A stretch of DNA of 64,000 bases from Oikopleura dioica (lineage: Eukaryota > Animalia > Chordata): assembly GCA_907165135.1 (NCBI GenBank), contig OU015567.1, positions 5,394,001-5,458,000 on the forward strand. The letters are read 5' to 3'. The position numbers were made by a program, and so were the translations under genes. Shown here in pieces: positions 23,853-33,841 of this stretch. Each line of letters begins with the position of its first letter. The stretch's first letter is position 1. The notes under the pieces were generated by a model. The model saw only the letters and a program-made list of their open reading frames with translations. It was not told the DNA's origin and made no database searches.

Positions 23853-24847
23853 AGATCTTTTTACGAATTTTAAATATCCTTCTGCTTATTCTGGGGATAT
23901 ACAAAAATTCCTTCTCGAAAACGAAGCTATTTCTCGACATCGTAAAAGAGTTAAAAAATTTCCTCGCCGACGTACACGCGTGAATGGCCCCTTCACTGCA
24001 ATTCAAGTCGACACTATTTTCGGGCTTTAAACGGAATAAAAAATATGAATCAATTATCCTTGTCTTCTTTTAAGCCCTGCAAAAGGTTCATGCTCCGATA
24101 TTCAAAGAAAAATAGTGGATATAAATATATTTTGACAGTTATTGACTGTTTTTCACGCAAAAACTGGGTTGCTCCGTTAAAAACAAAAGAAGGGGATGAA
24201 ACAGCAGCGGCGCTTGATGAAATAATAACTTCTATGCCAGAAAAACCACGGACAATCGCGACAGATATAGGAACAGAACTTATTAACAAAGCTGTGAGAA
24301 GAATCGTTGTTGATAAATATGGAATGGTCGAGTTTCGGCTCGCTGGGCTCAAAGGGGCCATTATTGAAAGATTCAAGTATACTTAAACCCCTAAAACGCA
24401 AACGCTAATTTTTTTTCAAGCCAATCGCTTGGTGCAAGAATTCAACGGTTTTTTATGGAAAATAATACCGAGCGCTGGGTGGACAATCTTCAAGACTTTT
24501 CAAATGCGCTTAATAAGACAGTTAATCGAACGACTGGGATGCGGCCTGATGATATTAATTCTGACAACTGGCATGAAATCTATGAAAAGCTGTATAATTC
24601 AAAGCCATACTCTCTAGCAATTTGTAAATTTGCTGAAGGTGATCAAGTGCGTATTCCTCTAGAAATATCAAAGGCAAAGGAAACATTTCGAAAAGGAATC
24701 CACGCGAGATGGTCAAAAGAAATATACACGATTTCGAGAGTGTACCGCTCTGGGCCCGTTTGCTATTTTAAGTTGAAGAGAGATTCTACTGTTCAAAAAG
24801 ATATTTTTTATGAGAAAGAGCTGAACTTAGTCGCGAGGAAAAGATAA
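23545..24847 (+). CDS. Retroviral-like (rve) integrase, 3 exons, about 398 aa
   Basis: DDE triad: IQVDT, IATDIG and IERFNQ. The last is created by GT-AG intron 24377-24420. Also GYKYILTVIDCFSR, MENNTERW, KFAEGDQVRI and WSKEIYTI. Intron 1 boundaries are uncertain (best fit GC-AG 24024-24085). No C-terminal chromodomain was seen. Confidence 0.93.
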
Positions 24848-24878
24848 AAATATCCGTTTTTCATTTTTTCTTTTAGAT

Positions 24879-25305
24879 ATGTATTCGCAATCACTTTTCT
24901 TGTCCACGACCTCAGAGTACTATCTCGGGGCTTACTATAAAAATGATGAAATGGTTCTCCGTTGGAGTTTACCCCAGCCGGTTAATGGAAAATATGTTTC
25001 TCTCGCTAACTACGCGGTTCGTAGCAATATAACTGAACGACCGATCAGAGTTTGCTGTAATCTTATTCACGACAATTGGAAAAACCCCGATGGGTGTCTT
25101 GGGGACATTTATCATGGCCACGGGCTATATTCAGACGACAGATGGCAAATGGAAGCGAGAGAATTCCGCATCATTGAGCTTAAGTAGATATTTTCGATTT
25201 TTCCATATGAAGATTTTTGTTTCTAGGTTTTCGGAAGACGTTATGTACGCAAGCCTAACATTAAAAATCTATGATAATAAAGAGCGCGACTCGACATGGG
25301 AATAA
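24879..25305 (+). CDS. Putative minor capsid (penton-like) protein, 2 exons, 127 aa
   Basis: Sits between integrase and protease. IRVCCNLI and EFRIIELK...LTLKI resemble the penton YVYCDI and F.xIEI...VTLH strands. GT-AG intron at 25184-25226. Shorter than usual. Confidence 0.5.
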
Positions 25306-25505
25306 CAAAGGCGCGTTAAAAATCGACTTCCCCCGAATCAGAACAATGAAACACCTGCAACGGAAGTCGTCTTTTTAAACAATAGCTGTTTCTCTTTTGT
25401 TCTCGGAATCAGGATCAAGCGTGATCAATTCTTTTATAACTCATTCTTAGTCATTATTATATGTCACAGTTAAATTATAATTATCTTTCGTATTAGACTG
25501 AAAAT

Positions 25506-25658
25506 ATGAGACGCAGAGGTATTTGCAAAAATAAATTAAGATTTGTTCCGAAACGACTCCGTGGAAAAGGAAAAAGAAAATCAACTGGTAAAAAAAAGAA
25601 GAGTAAAAATGGAAGCAGGAAGAAACGAGATAACAAAAATTCAAAGAAACGAACTTAA
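25506..25658 (+). CDS. 50-aa highly basic core-like peptide (absent from the ORF track)
   Basis: MRRRGICKNKLRFVPKRLRGKGKRKSTGKKKKSKNGSRKKRDNKNSKKRT*; 26 of 50 residues are K or R; contains LRGKG. Confidence 0.6.
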   Translation: MRRRGICKNKLRFVPKRLRGKGKRKSTGKKKKSKNGSRKKRDNKNSKKRT

Positions 25659-25670
25659 AGACTGATATCC

Positions 25671-26108
25671 TTGTTTTGTGCAGAAAAGTATGTTAAAGAC
25701 CTTCCCAATTTCGGCGGAATATTTTTTGCTAACGACTTGGCCAAAATAGCAGTGCTTGGATTTCCAATCGGATTTTTGGTTTACCATGAAGAGCACTGGC
25801 TTGTGGTCTACTTAGCAGACGATTATATAGAGCTTTTTGATCCGCTCGGATGCGTCACTAACTCAACATTTCTTTTTCTTCAAAAATTTCTCCAAACACA
25901 TCTGCACAAAAAAATTCTGCACGCATCCCCCCGTATTCAATCAGCAACAACCTCGAACTGCGGGCAGTATTGTATCTGTTTTTTATACTGGCGACTTCAA
26001 TGCGGCAACGATCTTTCTTCCTTTCTCTTTCTCTTTACCAAAGACCAACATGCAAATTCTCAAATTATTAAAAATTTCTTTAAATCAATAAAACAGGAAT
26101 ATCACTGA
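25671..26108 (+). CDS. Adenain-like (C5) cysteine maturation protease
   Basis: Catalytic residues in order: EHWLVVY (His), ELFDPLG (Asp), RIQSATTSNCGQYC (Gln, Cys); also FGGIF. No in-frame ATG, so the true 5' end is unresolved. Confidence 0.9.
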   Translation: MFCAEKYVKDLPNFGGIFFANDLAKIAVLGFPIGFLVYHEEHWLVVYLADDYIELFDPLGCVTNSTFLFLQKFLQTHLHKKILHASPRIQSATTSNCGQYCICFLYWRLQCGNDLSSFLFLFTKDQHANSQIIKNFFKSIKQEYH

Positions 26109-26134
26109 TGATAAGAGTTTATTTGCAGTTAATA

Positions 26135-27394
26135 TTAATCAACAGTAACGTCGCCATCAGGAGAAATTGTCAGTGATCTCTGAGTGATCGGCATATATAG
26201 CAGAACAAATTTATCGTCAAGAGGTTCGGTAAAGCTGAGTTTTGCATGAATGAAGGTTGTTCCTTCAATTCTCTCCAGTTGTTCGAAATTGACAACAATG
26301 ATGAAATTTCCATCTTTGAATTGATGAATTGGTAAAACGCCCGAGCTCCAAGGATTCATATAGCGATCGGTCGCGGTCAAAAAGTTGTGATAGAAGTCGG
26401 TGTCCGTTACCAAAGGAAAGCCTTCAACTTTGACATTGTCGAGAAGAATCTCAAAGCTTTTGAGCTTATGACGGGTAAATTTTGTTATGCACTCGGTATC
26501 TGAACCGTTTAAGCGCGTGATCGGACAAATTGCAAAGACCGCATATGATGGCATCTTTCCCTTTGTGAGATCGATAAGAAAGTCGGATTCATGATCGTTG
26601 AGGACAGGTTTTCGGACGACATAGTCAAGAAAAGGCATTTCGAATGGATATTGGGCGTATCCTCTCATCTTATTGTCGAGTTCGTCGCTTTTCAGGTACA
26701 TTGCTCGGAAAACTGGCTTGACAATGGTAACAACTGGGTCAGTGAAATTGAACGGGATGGATGCTAGATTTGGATTATCGAGAACCGTCACATTCTCTTT
26801 TATTTTCATAATTGAAAAAGATGCTGGTGCTCTCTGGTATTTGAGGCGGATTTCCGTATTTGCTGGAAGAGGTTGGTAAGTTCTCGCAATGCCATGATTC
26901 AGTGGTAAAATAAAGTCATAGCGCAGCCATCTTTGCGTATTACCATCAACTTCTTTTTTTATCTCAGTACACATATTCTGCCTGATCGCAATTTGCGTTC
27001 CATCGAATTTCTCAGCATCGTCGTTGAAAACATCGTAAACACCTTGAGTTGCCATTGTGTTCTCCATGTAATTTTCGTCAAACATAGATTTATTGAGAAA
27101 AAAGCTACTCATACAATTGTCGAATTCGGATCCTCTCTTTGAAACTGTGTCTTGGTCAATATCAAGCACGATATTTTCAAAAAGTTTATTACAAAAATCG
27201 TTATCCGGCACATAGTTGTCCGGTAAATCAACACTGAAGGCGAGCGCTGAGTCGGCAAGCTTCAGATATCTTTTTTGTTGTGTGAGAAGGAACTCAAGGC
27301 CGTTTTTGGTATTACTTAGCGGCTGAATGTGCAAAACTTTGCATTCCTTGTAGCCCATTGAATCGACGCTAGAAGCCTTTGTAAAAGAAAACAT
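26135..27394 (-). CDS. Major capsid protein (double jelly roll), 419 aa, intronless
   Basis: FILPLNHGIARTYQPLPANTEIRLKYQRAPASFSIM and GKMPSYAVFAICPITRLNGSDTECITKFTRHKLKSFEILLDNVKVEGFPL match the Maverick MCP pattern (..L..GV.LRI.L.R....F.LM; G.LP......F....NG......F.F....L..I.L..DG...P..PL). Confidence 0.85.
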   Translation of the reverse strand: MFSFTKASSVDSMGYKECKVLHIQPLSNTKNGLEFLLTQQKRYLKLADSALAFSVDLPDNYVPDNDFCNKLFENIVLDIDQDTVSKRGSEFDNCMSSFFLNKSMFDENYMENTMATQGVYDVFNDDAEKFDGTQIAIRQNMCTEIKKEVDGNTQRWLRYDFILPLNHGIARTYQPLPANTEIRLKYQRAPASFSIMKIKENVTVLDNPNLASIPFNFTDPVVTIVKPVFRAMYLKSDELDNKMRGYAQYPFEMPFLDYVVRKPVLNDHESDFLIDLTKGKMPSYAVFAICPITRLNGSDTECITKFTRHKLKSFEILLDNVKVEGFPLVTDTDFYHNFLTATDRYMNPWSSGVLPIHQFKDGNFIIVVNFEQLERIEGTTFIHAKLSFTEPLDDKFVLLYMPITQRSLTISPDGDVTVD

Positions 27395-27567
27395 TATTTC
27401 AACTTGAACTTGTCTCTTGTGCGCACAATACAGATCACTTTATTCTGATTCAATTTATTTTATTTAAAAGAGCGCCAGATCAAACAAAAGACACAAGGTG
27501 GCGCAGCTTTCTTTAGAATATATATTAACAAAAGAGATCATTTTTTTACTCTTTGTAGGACATTTCA

Positions 27568-28182
27568 ATGACGATTCCCCAATTCGCACACTTTTTTATT
27601 CACCAAGTTTTTTTGGGACACATAGATGATGAAACCAAAGAGAGATACCAAAAAGGTAGAATTAGCAATTTTAAAAAGTTTTCTTTTATCTTTTCAGTCT
27701 ACGATGAGATTGCCGACTTTCGAGCAAGCAACCCTAAAATTTATATCTTTGATCGACACATTGACAACAACAAAGACCGGCATGCCATCGCGGGCGTTAC
27801 TTCATACGATTTTTTGAGTAAAAATCTGTCCGAATATCTTCAAAAGGATGATTCAAATGTGATAAACTGGGTTGTTCTGACCATCTGTGACCTTTTCAAA
27901 CATTTTTACTCTGTCATAGAGACAATTGATGAAACTGAATTACTACGATCTCACATTTTTAACTTGCTGACTTTTTATGACGCGGTAAAGAATGCTCTTT
28001 CTGAAAATTCCTGCTCAAAAAAAGACCACGCCTTTTGTTTAGATTTTCTAACCTTATACCTTCAAAAAGATATTGATATAAGTATCACTTATTTGAAAAA
28101 TTTGGAAAAACTGAAAGAAGAAAAAAAAAGTTTTTTTTATCGAATATTGCGACTCATTAAATCCTGCTTTCGAAGTCAATAA
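27568..28182 (+). CDS. Maverick ORF, about 190 aa after a likely in-frame 42-bp intron, unknown function
   Basis: ATG ORF; GT-AG segment 27656-27697 is T-rich and removes GRISNFKKFSFIFS. Confidence 0.6.
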   Translation: MTIPQFAHFFIHQVFLGHIDDETKERYQKGRISNFKKFSFIFSVYDEIADFRASNPKIYIFDRHIDNNKDRHAIAGVTSYDFLSKNLSEYLQKDDSNVINWVVLTICDLFKHFYSVIETIDETELLRSHIFNLLTFYDAVKNALSENSCSKKDHAFCLDFLTLYLQKDIDISITYLKNLEKLKEEKKSFFYRILRLIKSCFRSQ

Positions 28183-28307
28183 ATAAACGACAAAAAGTGA
28201 TTTTGGCCTTTTGGATTTTTTTATTTTTTTTTTGGGTTTTTGACAAGAATTTTATATTTTTTTTTGAGTTTACAGGCAGTTTTTAATTTTTTTTGTGGCT
28301 TCTATCT

Positions 28308-28745
28308 CTACCATTTGGAGAAGGCCGCATGATCGTGGACCATCTTGATGTAGTGATGATCATTCGCCAGTTGCTCGAGCGGGTCGTCATCCTTTCGAAA
28401 TATTTCTGGTCGTTGTAGATTTCTTATCGTGGCAGCAGCGTCTCGGTAGGGCTCCATGAGCTGTTCTCGTTCGTTGTGGGTCATCTCTTCTAGGCGTTTG
28501 TCGAAATTCGGGCTCGGCTGTTTTGACCACGTCCGTTTGTCTGTATAGTACGGCGAGTATGGTTCTGTCTCCTCGATTCTTTCTTGTTTGCACATCATTC
28601 TCACAGCCAGCTCTGCTTGGGCGGCTCTCATTTTTCCTCTGGGTACCCTCTCACCGTCACGTCTTCCTTCGGCATACTCCTTAAGAGTTTGAAGATCAAG
28701 CTCAAGGCAAATTTCTTGAAAGCTCTTCTTTTGCTGTTTAGGCAT
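28308..28745 (-). CDS. Maverick ORF downstream of pPolB, 145 aa, unknown function
   Basis: ATG ORF with coding-like composition. Confidence 0.55.
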   Translation of the reverse strand: MPKQQKKSFQEICLELDLQTLKEYAEGRRDGERVPRGKMRAAQAELAVRMMCKQERIEETEPYSPYYTDKRTWSKQPSPNFDKRLEEMTHNEREQLMEPYRDAAATIRNLQRPEIFRKDDDPLEQLANDHHYIKMVHDHAAFSKW

Positions 28746-28927
28746 TTTTCTATTTTGAATATTTCCTCCTAGAATTGGCCATTATATGGGCCACTCATTC
28801 AAAGATGGCGCCAAAAATATCGGAAGGGAGGGCGCAATATCACCTGCCGCTTTCAGCTGGTCTTGCACAAATTTAAAGACTAATAAGCGGTGTTATCAAA
28901 CAATCAATCAAGTTTATTTTCAATTTG

Positions 28928-31900
28928 TCAGATGTACAATCCATCTTTCATCAGTGGTGAAACAGTGACTAAATCGGTATGAACGAAGCTTTTGATGTAG
29001 TCTTAAAAAGAGACCGGGATCCAGTTCTTTCTAACATTAATATATTATAATTTTATATCGGTCATTTCCTGAGTTCAAGGCCTTCTTGCGTATTTTTCTC
29101 ATCACCATTCTTCTGTCACACTTAGTTATTTGAACAGAATCCACTTCGAATCGCTCTTGATCCAGAAGGCAGCTGATAAACTCTTTAGAGCTGACTAGAA
29201 AAAAAAGCGTAGATAATAGAGAGAAATTAACTCCTACCCTTGTATTCTCTGCTAGTCCCTTTTGTCGATTTTTTAATTTTTGTTCCGTCATCAAAGATGT
29301 AGCACTTTTTAAATAAAGATATTTCAAAAGATATTATTTTATTTACCTTGCTTGATAAACCAACAAAGACACCAGAGTTTGCTGACTTTTCACTTTTGAG
29401 TAGTCCAGGTTTTCTTTTGCTCTCGATCGTATCGTCGACGAACCAATTCGGCACTATTTCAGTGTCCCACCTGGCGACTAGTTCCGGCTTAACACAATCC
29501 CTAAAGCTGCCTTGCGTGAGACCGAACATCACTGAGTCGGTGTCTTCAAAAAATTTGTTTGATGAGTCAAAAAGAAGTTTTACCGATATATGAGAGAACG
29601 TAGGATCCTTCAACAAGGAATTCGAAAATAATATGGATGAATTTATACATATGCAGCTTACTTTCTTGATAGACTAAAATTCTGATTATGATAAGAAAAA
29701 TAAGTCTTTCGAACCAAAGAGAGAGCTTTGAAAATGGATAAATCATTTTCTAGGGAAAAAATAGATTTTAATTAGAAATTTTCTTTTATCCGTTCATATG
29801 GGTTGCAAGATCATCCTTGATTCGCTTTCGTTTTTGTTTGATATTCACGATATTTGTGTCGCCTTCTGCGTCCATGACCTCGTATCCAATAAAATGAGGT
29901 TTTCGCATTTGAAACCAGAGTTTCTCCAATGGTAAAAATTGGACTTTGTCTCGCTTTTCTGGGTTTTCCCCGAATTTTCCAATTGCAGATGACATGATCA
30001 GCTTAGCTCGGTTTGCTGCGACATCATTTTTTGTATCTGGCTTCGAGTAGTGGACTCGCCGGCTGACAACATCTTTAATAAATTTTCCAAACGGCTTTTC
30101 CTTGTTATACAAAACGCCATAATGAATTTGCGTAACTAAATATGTAAATTATAGATTTTCACTTTCTCAGAAACGAGATTAATCACCTTCTAAACCGAGA
30201 TCCAGGTAGAATTGCAAAAGGTTCGTAGTCAGCAAAATGCCATCAGCGTGAAAGCACATAGTGTTCACCTCTCTCGGAAACTTTCCGTGTCTCATTTTTT
30301 CATTGACCATATCTTCCGTAACAATCGTTTTCTTGAATATCGGAGGAAATTTCAGAAGATCCTTGATCCTATCTTCAGGAGTTCGAATATCGACTTTAAA
30401 GAATCCGTAAGGTTCATTGGATTCTATCGAGTCTAGAAGACTGTGAAATGTTATGTTCTCATCAAACAAATATGGACAATACTTCGGCCTATTTTTTGAT
30501 CAAACAAAAGAATAAACAAAAACCCTTAAATCTGCAGTTTTGACCAGTTCCTTGGGAATTCATAGCCTAATTCACGCAGGGTGCTAAGCTGGGCAGCCCA
30601 CTGGCAGCCAGAGATCGTGAGATACAAATCTAATCCCGATTCGTCGCTAGTCAAAAATTGAAGCCGTTTCTCAGACTCTTTTTGCATCGGACGTTCGACT
30701 TTGCACTCCGGATTTGGACAGCGATGATATCGACAACCATTGTAGTCGAGTCCAATTGCTTGGCCATTTTTGACTGCATAGCCATCCAGAAAATAGGTGC
30801 CGATTTTCTTTTCACCTTTATTGAAGGCATGGATGACATTTAAGCCAGTTGAATGCGCAAAAAACTCCAGCCACTGAATCGATTCGACCGAGACATGTGT
30901 CTGTGTTCGATCCATTGAAAAAAGTTTGAACTTCTTTCGAATTTTCTTGAGGTGAAAGCCAGGCCCAGTTGGAAGATCATTTTGAAGTGTAAACGGGTAG
31001 AGAGAGTTCATATCTTGTTGATCAATAAACATTATTTTTTTTCCGTTTGGGGCTCGGCGCGCGGCTTCCGGTAGAGTTTGGTCTTCTGAGTTTATTGCTA
31101 GCAGACGATGTTGAACGCAGCATATGCCACCATTCAAATGCTTTCTCACGTCGTTTTTTAATTCAGGAACTGGGATCGAATAAATATTTTGACAGTCAGG
31201 GTCATATTTATCGAATGCGATCTGCTGAGCTAGACCGGGCAGAGAGAGTTTTTTGTGAATGTCAATTCCATATTCTTGCAAGAAGCCTTCTGCATACGCA
31301 TTTATGCTCTTCAATAAGAGTCGGCAATCAAGTAAGTTGTATTCTTTCAGAAAATCTACCATCGATTTGCATTTATCGTCGAAATACTCTCTTGAAGCCG
31401 TATACTTGTCGATACTTGTGTGGAAGAACATTTGAGCCTCATCAGACTTACAAAACTTCTTTTCCGCCGCATTCCAAAATGGGAGAAGTAGGTCACGAGG
31501 TATTTGAAGAAGTTTTGCAAAAACGTTGAGCGGTCGTATATTGGGTATCTTGCTGAGCTCCTCAATTTTCATATTTGCCTCGTTTACAAATTTATCCGAT
31601 GGCATGTACGTAGACGATCGAAAAAGTGTGTAATCTGGAAAAGTGGTCCAAAGTTCAGGTTCTGTTGCTGACTGGAAAAGCTCGTATGGATACGTCATTT
31701 TTGAGAGATCCTTTACTCCGACGCTGGCTGCAAATTCTTCTAGCTTGCCCGACGAAAAATTGAAGAAATCCTTGAAGACAATTTTTCCAAATCTGAGGAG
31801 CATATATCCGCGTCCTCGTTGAATAACATCATGTGAATTAAAGTCCTCCTCGTAATGCGAGGCCAGATACTCGACAAGTGGTCCAATAATACAGTTGTGA

Positions 31901-33423
31901 TCGAATTTTTCTCCGTACTAGAATAAATATGATAAGACAATATAATTTTCAAATAAAGCATACCCAAGAGTAAACAGTGAGATTACTGTAGCTTTCCAGA
32001 ATGCGTAGCCGGCGCTTCCAGGATGATTTTTCTTTGACGTCCATATTTGTAGTATCTGCGAGTTTTTCCAAAACAAATTCTTTTCCTCTGATTATTTCAT
32101 CGGGAAGAGTTTCTTCAATTTTCCTTTGGCAATGTTTAAGTGCTGCCCAAAATTGCCCGATCAGATCAGTCAGATCATCATGTTCATCCCCCTTCCGTTT
32201 TATGAAGAGCTCTTTATTCTGCGTAGTAACGATTCCGATGGAAAGAAGCTCGAAATGACCTATTATCTTTGATTGCTGGTCGTAGCCCTCTTTCATGTTG
32301 TTGGATTCGATATCAAAAGCAATGAATCGTGTCTTGTGACGGTCTGGAATAAATCCCGAAGTCTTTAAAAACTCCACGTCTTCGTCGACGACATTGCCGT
32401 AGACTTTTTGCTTATGCACCGTGACACTTTCGCCTCTGCACGTGTCAACATGTCGACGAAATCCCCACCGTTGTGTTGTCTCGAAGGCACAATTTTTTAT
32501 CGGACAACTGTGTGTGTTGAATTTTCCATTTATCAAGGTCATCCTTGTTTCCTTGTTGAAATAAAGTGTTTGCCCGATCATTTCCAGTTTTATCATTGGG
32601 CTTCCAAGAAGAGTAAATAGTTTCACTCTGCTAATCTGGCGGCCAATTTGATTGCCTTGATTAGTCCTTGACCAAATTTCTAAGCCAATTTCGAAATGAT
32701 CTAAATAAATACTGTTTTCTTAGAGTAAATTTAAAAAAAAATAAACCTCTGAATTTGATCAAGTCCTCCTCTCCAATAATCGACATTCCAAAGCTTTTTA
32801 TTAGCTCTTCGATTTTTTCAGCCATGTTCTCATTCGATGTTTTGTACTTTACAAGCGCGACAGCCTCAAAAATGTTGACGAGTCGTAGCGCCTTTGGTAT
32901 CATCTCTATTTGAGTTATACTTGGGTCTGCCAAAATTTCAAATATTCCGAATTTCTCGGGATCGAAGGATCGGGTCGTAAGTCGGAGCTCAGTTCGTCCG
33001 TTTTTTATGTTTTCTGTTTGATATCCGACGAGACTAATTTTTCACCGGATTTGTCATTGGTAAATCGTTCATACCTGTCATTTGATAAACAGTTGTTTAC
33101 GCCCAAATCATAGATCAATACATGAATATTGTATTTTTCCTCGTAAATCGGCATATTAGCCACGCTGGGTTGGATTAAAAAAGTCTATTTGAATATTCGA
33201 ACATTGGAATTTTTAGTTTTAATCCTTCGCAGATATTTTCATAAGCATCTTGTGGTATACCGTAGTAGTCACAAGTTGTTCTTATTTGATTCTTCAGTTC
33301 CTTCAAAACTCTCCAATTTATTTTTCTCTCGTACGAGCAAACTGCGATTCCAAGACGCACTATCTCATGAAAATTTGAATCTTTTTCTACTAAAAATTTA
33401 TAAGATTGTTTTGCCCTCGACAT
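28928..33423 (-). CDS. polB: Protein-primed family B DNA polymerase, 13 exons, 1304 aa
   Basis: Exo I FIAFDIES, Exo II YGEKFD, Exo III YNLLDC, motif A QDMNSLYP, nuclease-like insert FLDGY...YNGCRYHRC, motif B KLIMSSAIGKF, motif C YIDTDS. Twelve introns: 33165-33202, 33034-33074, 32701-32746, 31918-31963, 30489-30544, 30136-30186, 29726-29795, 29674-29714, 29544-29583, 29305-29346, 29195-29237, 29002-29068. Spliced length is 3915 nt = 1305 codons. Confidence 0.93.
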
Positions 33424-33841
33424 TTTTCATTTTTGATAAAAATGAGTAAACGAAATCGGATGAGCCGGGACTTTTTATATCTGACCGGATACCAAGCTTT
33501 TTGATTAAAAGCCAACCAAGCAATCAGCGAATAATGAAAGTCGGATGTTATCCCTTTGAATACACAAAATCTTCTGTATCGATTCGACACCTTTTTGTAA
33601 AAACAAGCGTGAAAGAGATCTGGCTCGCGTCAACAAAGTAGAAAGGCAAACAATACTGGAGAATAATCCGATATTTTTCTTATTCCTTTTGATCGGCAAA
33701 CAAGGAAATCTAGGCTTTCAAAATGTCTGCAAGAACCTTTTTATTGACACAAAGGAAATACACAAAGTGATTTTTCTATCAATGATTATTTTATTCGGGC
33801 GTCGCTAGAATAGGGAGAAGGATAAGGAACAGAAATGCTTC

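Noticed and set aside
28928-33423. pPolB as a frameshifted, decayed pseudogene
   Set aside because: Every break coincides with a 38-70 bp segment with splice-like ends whose removal restores conserved motifs and a continuous frame.
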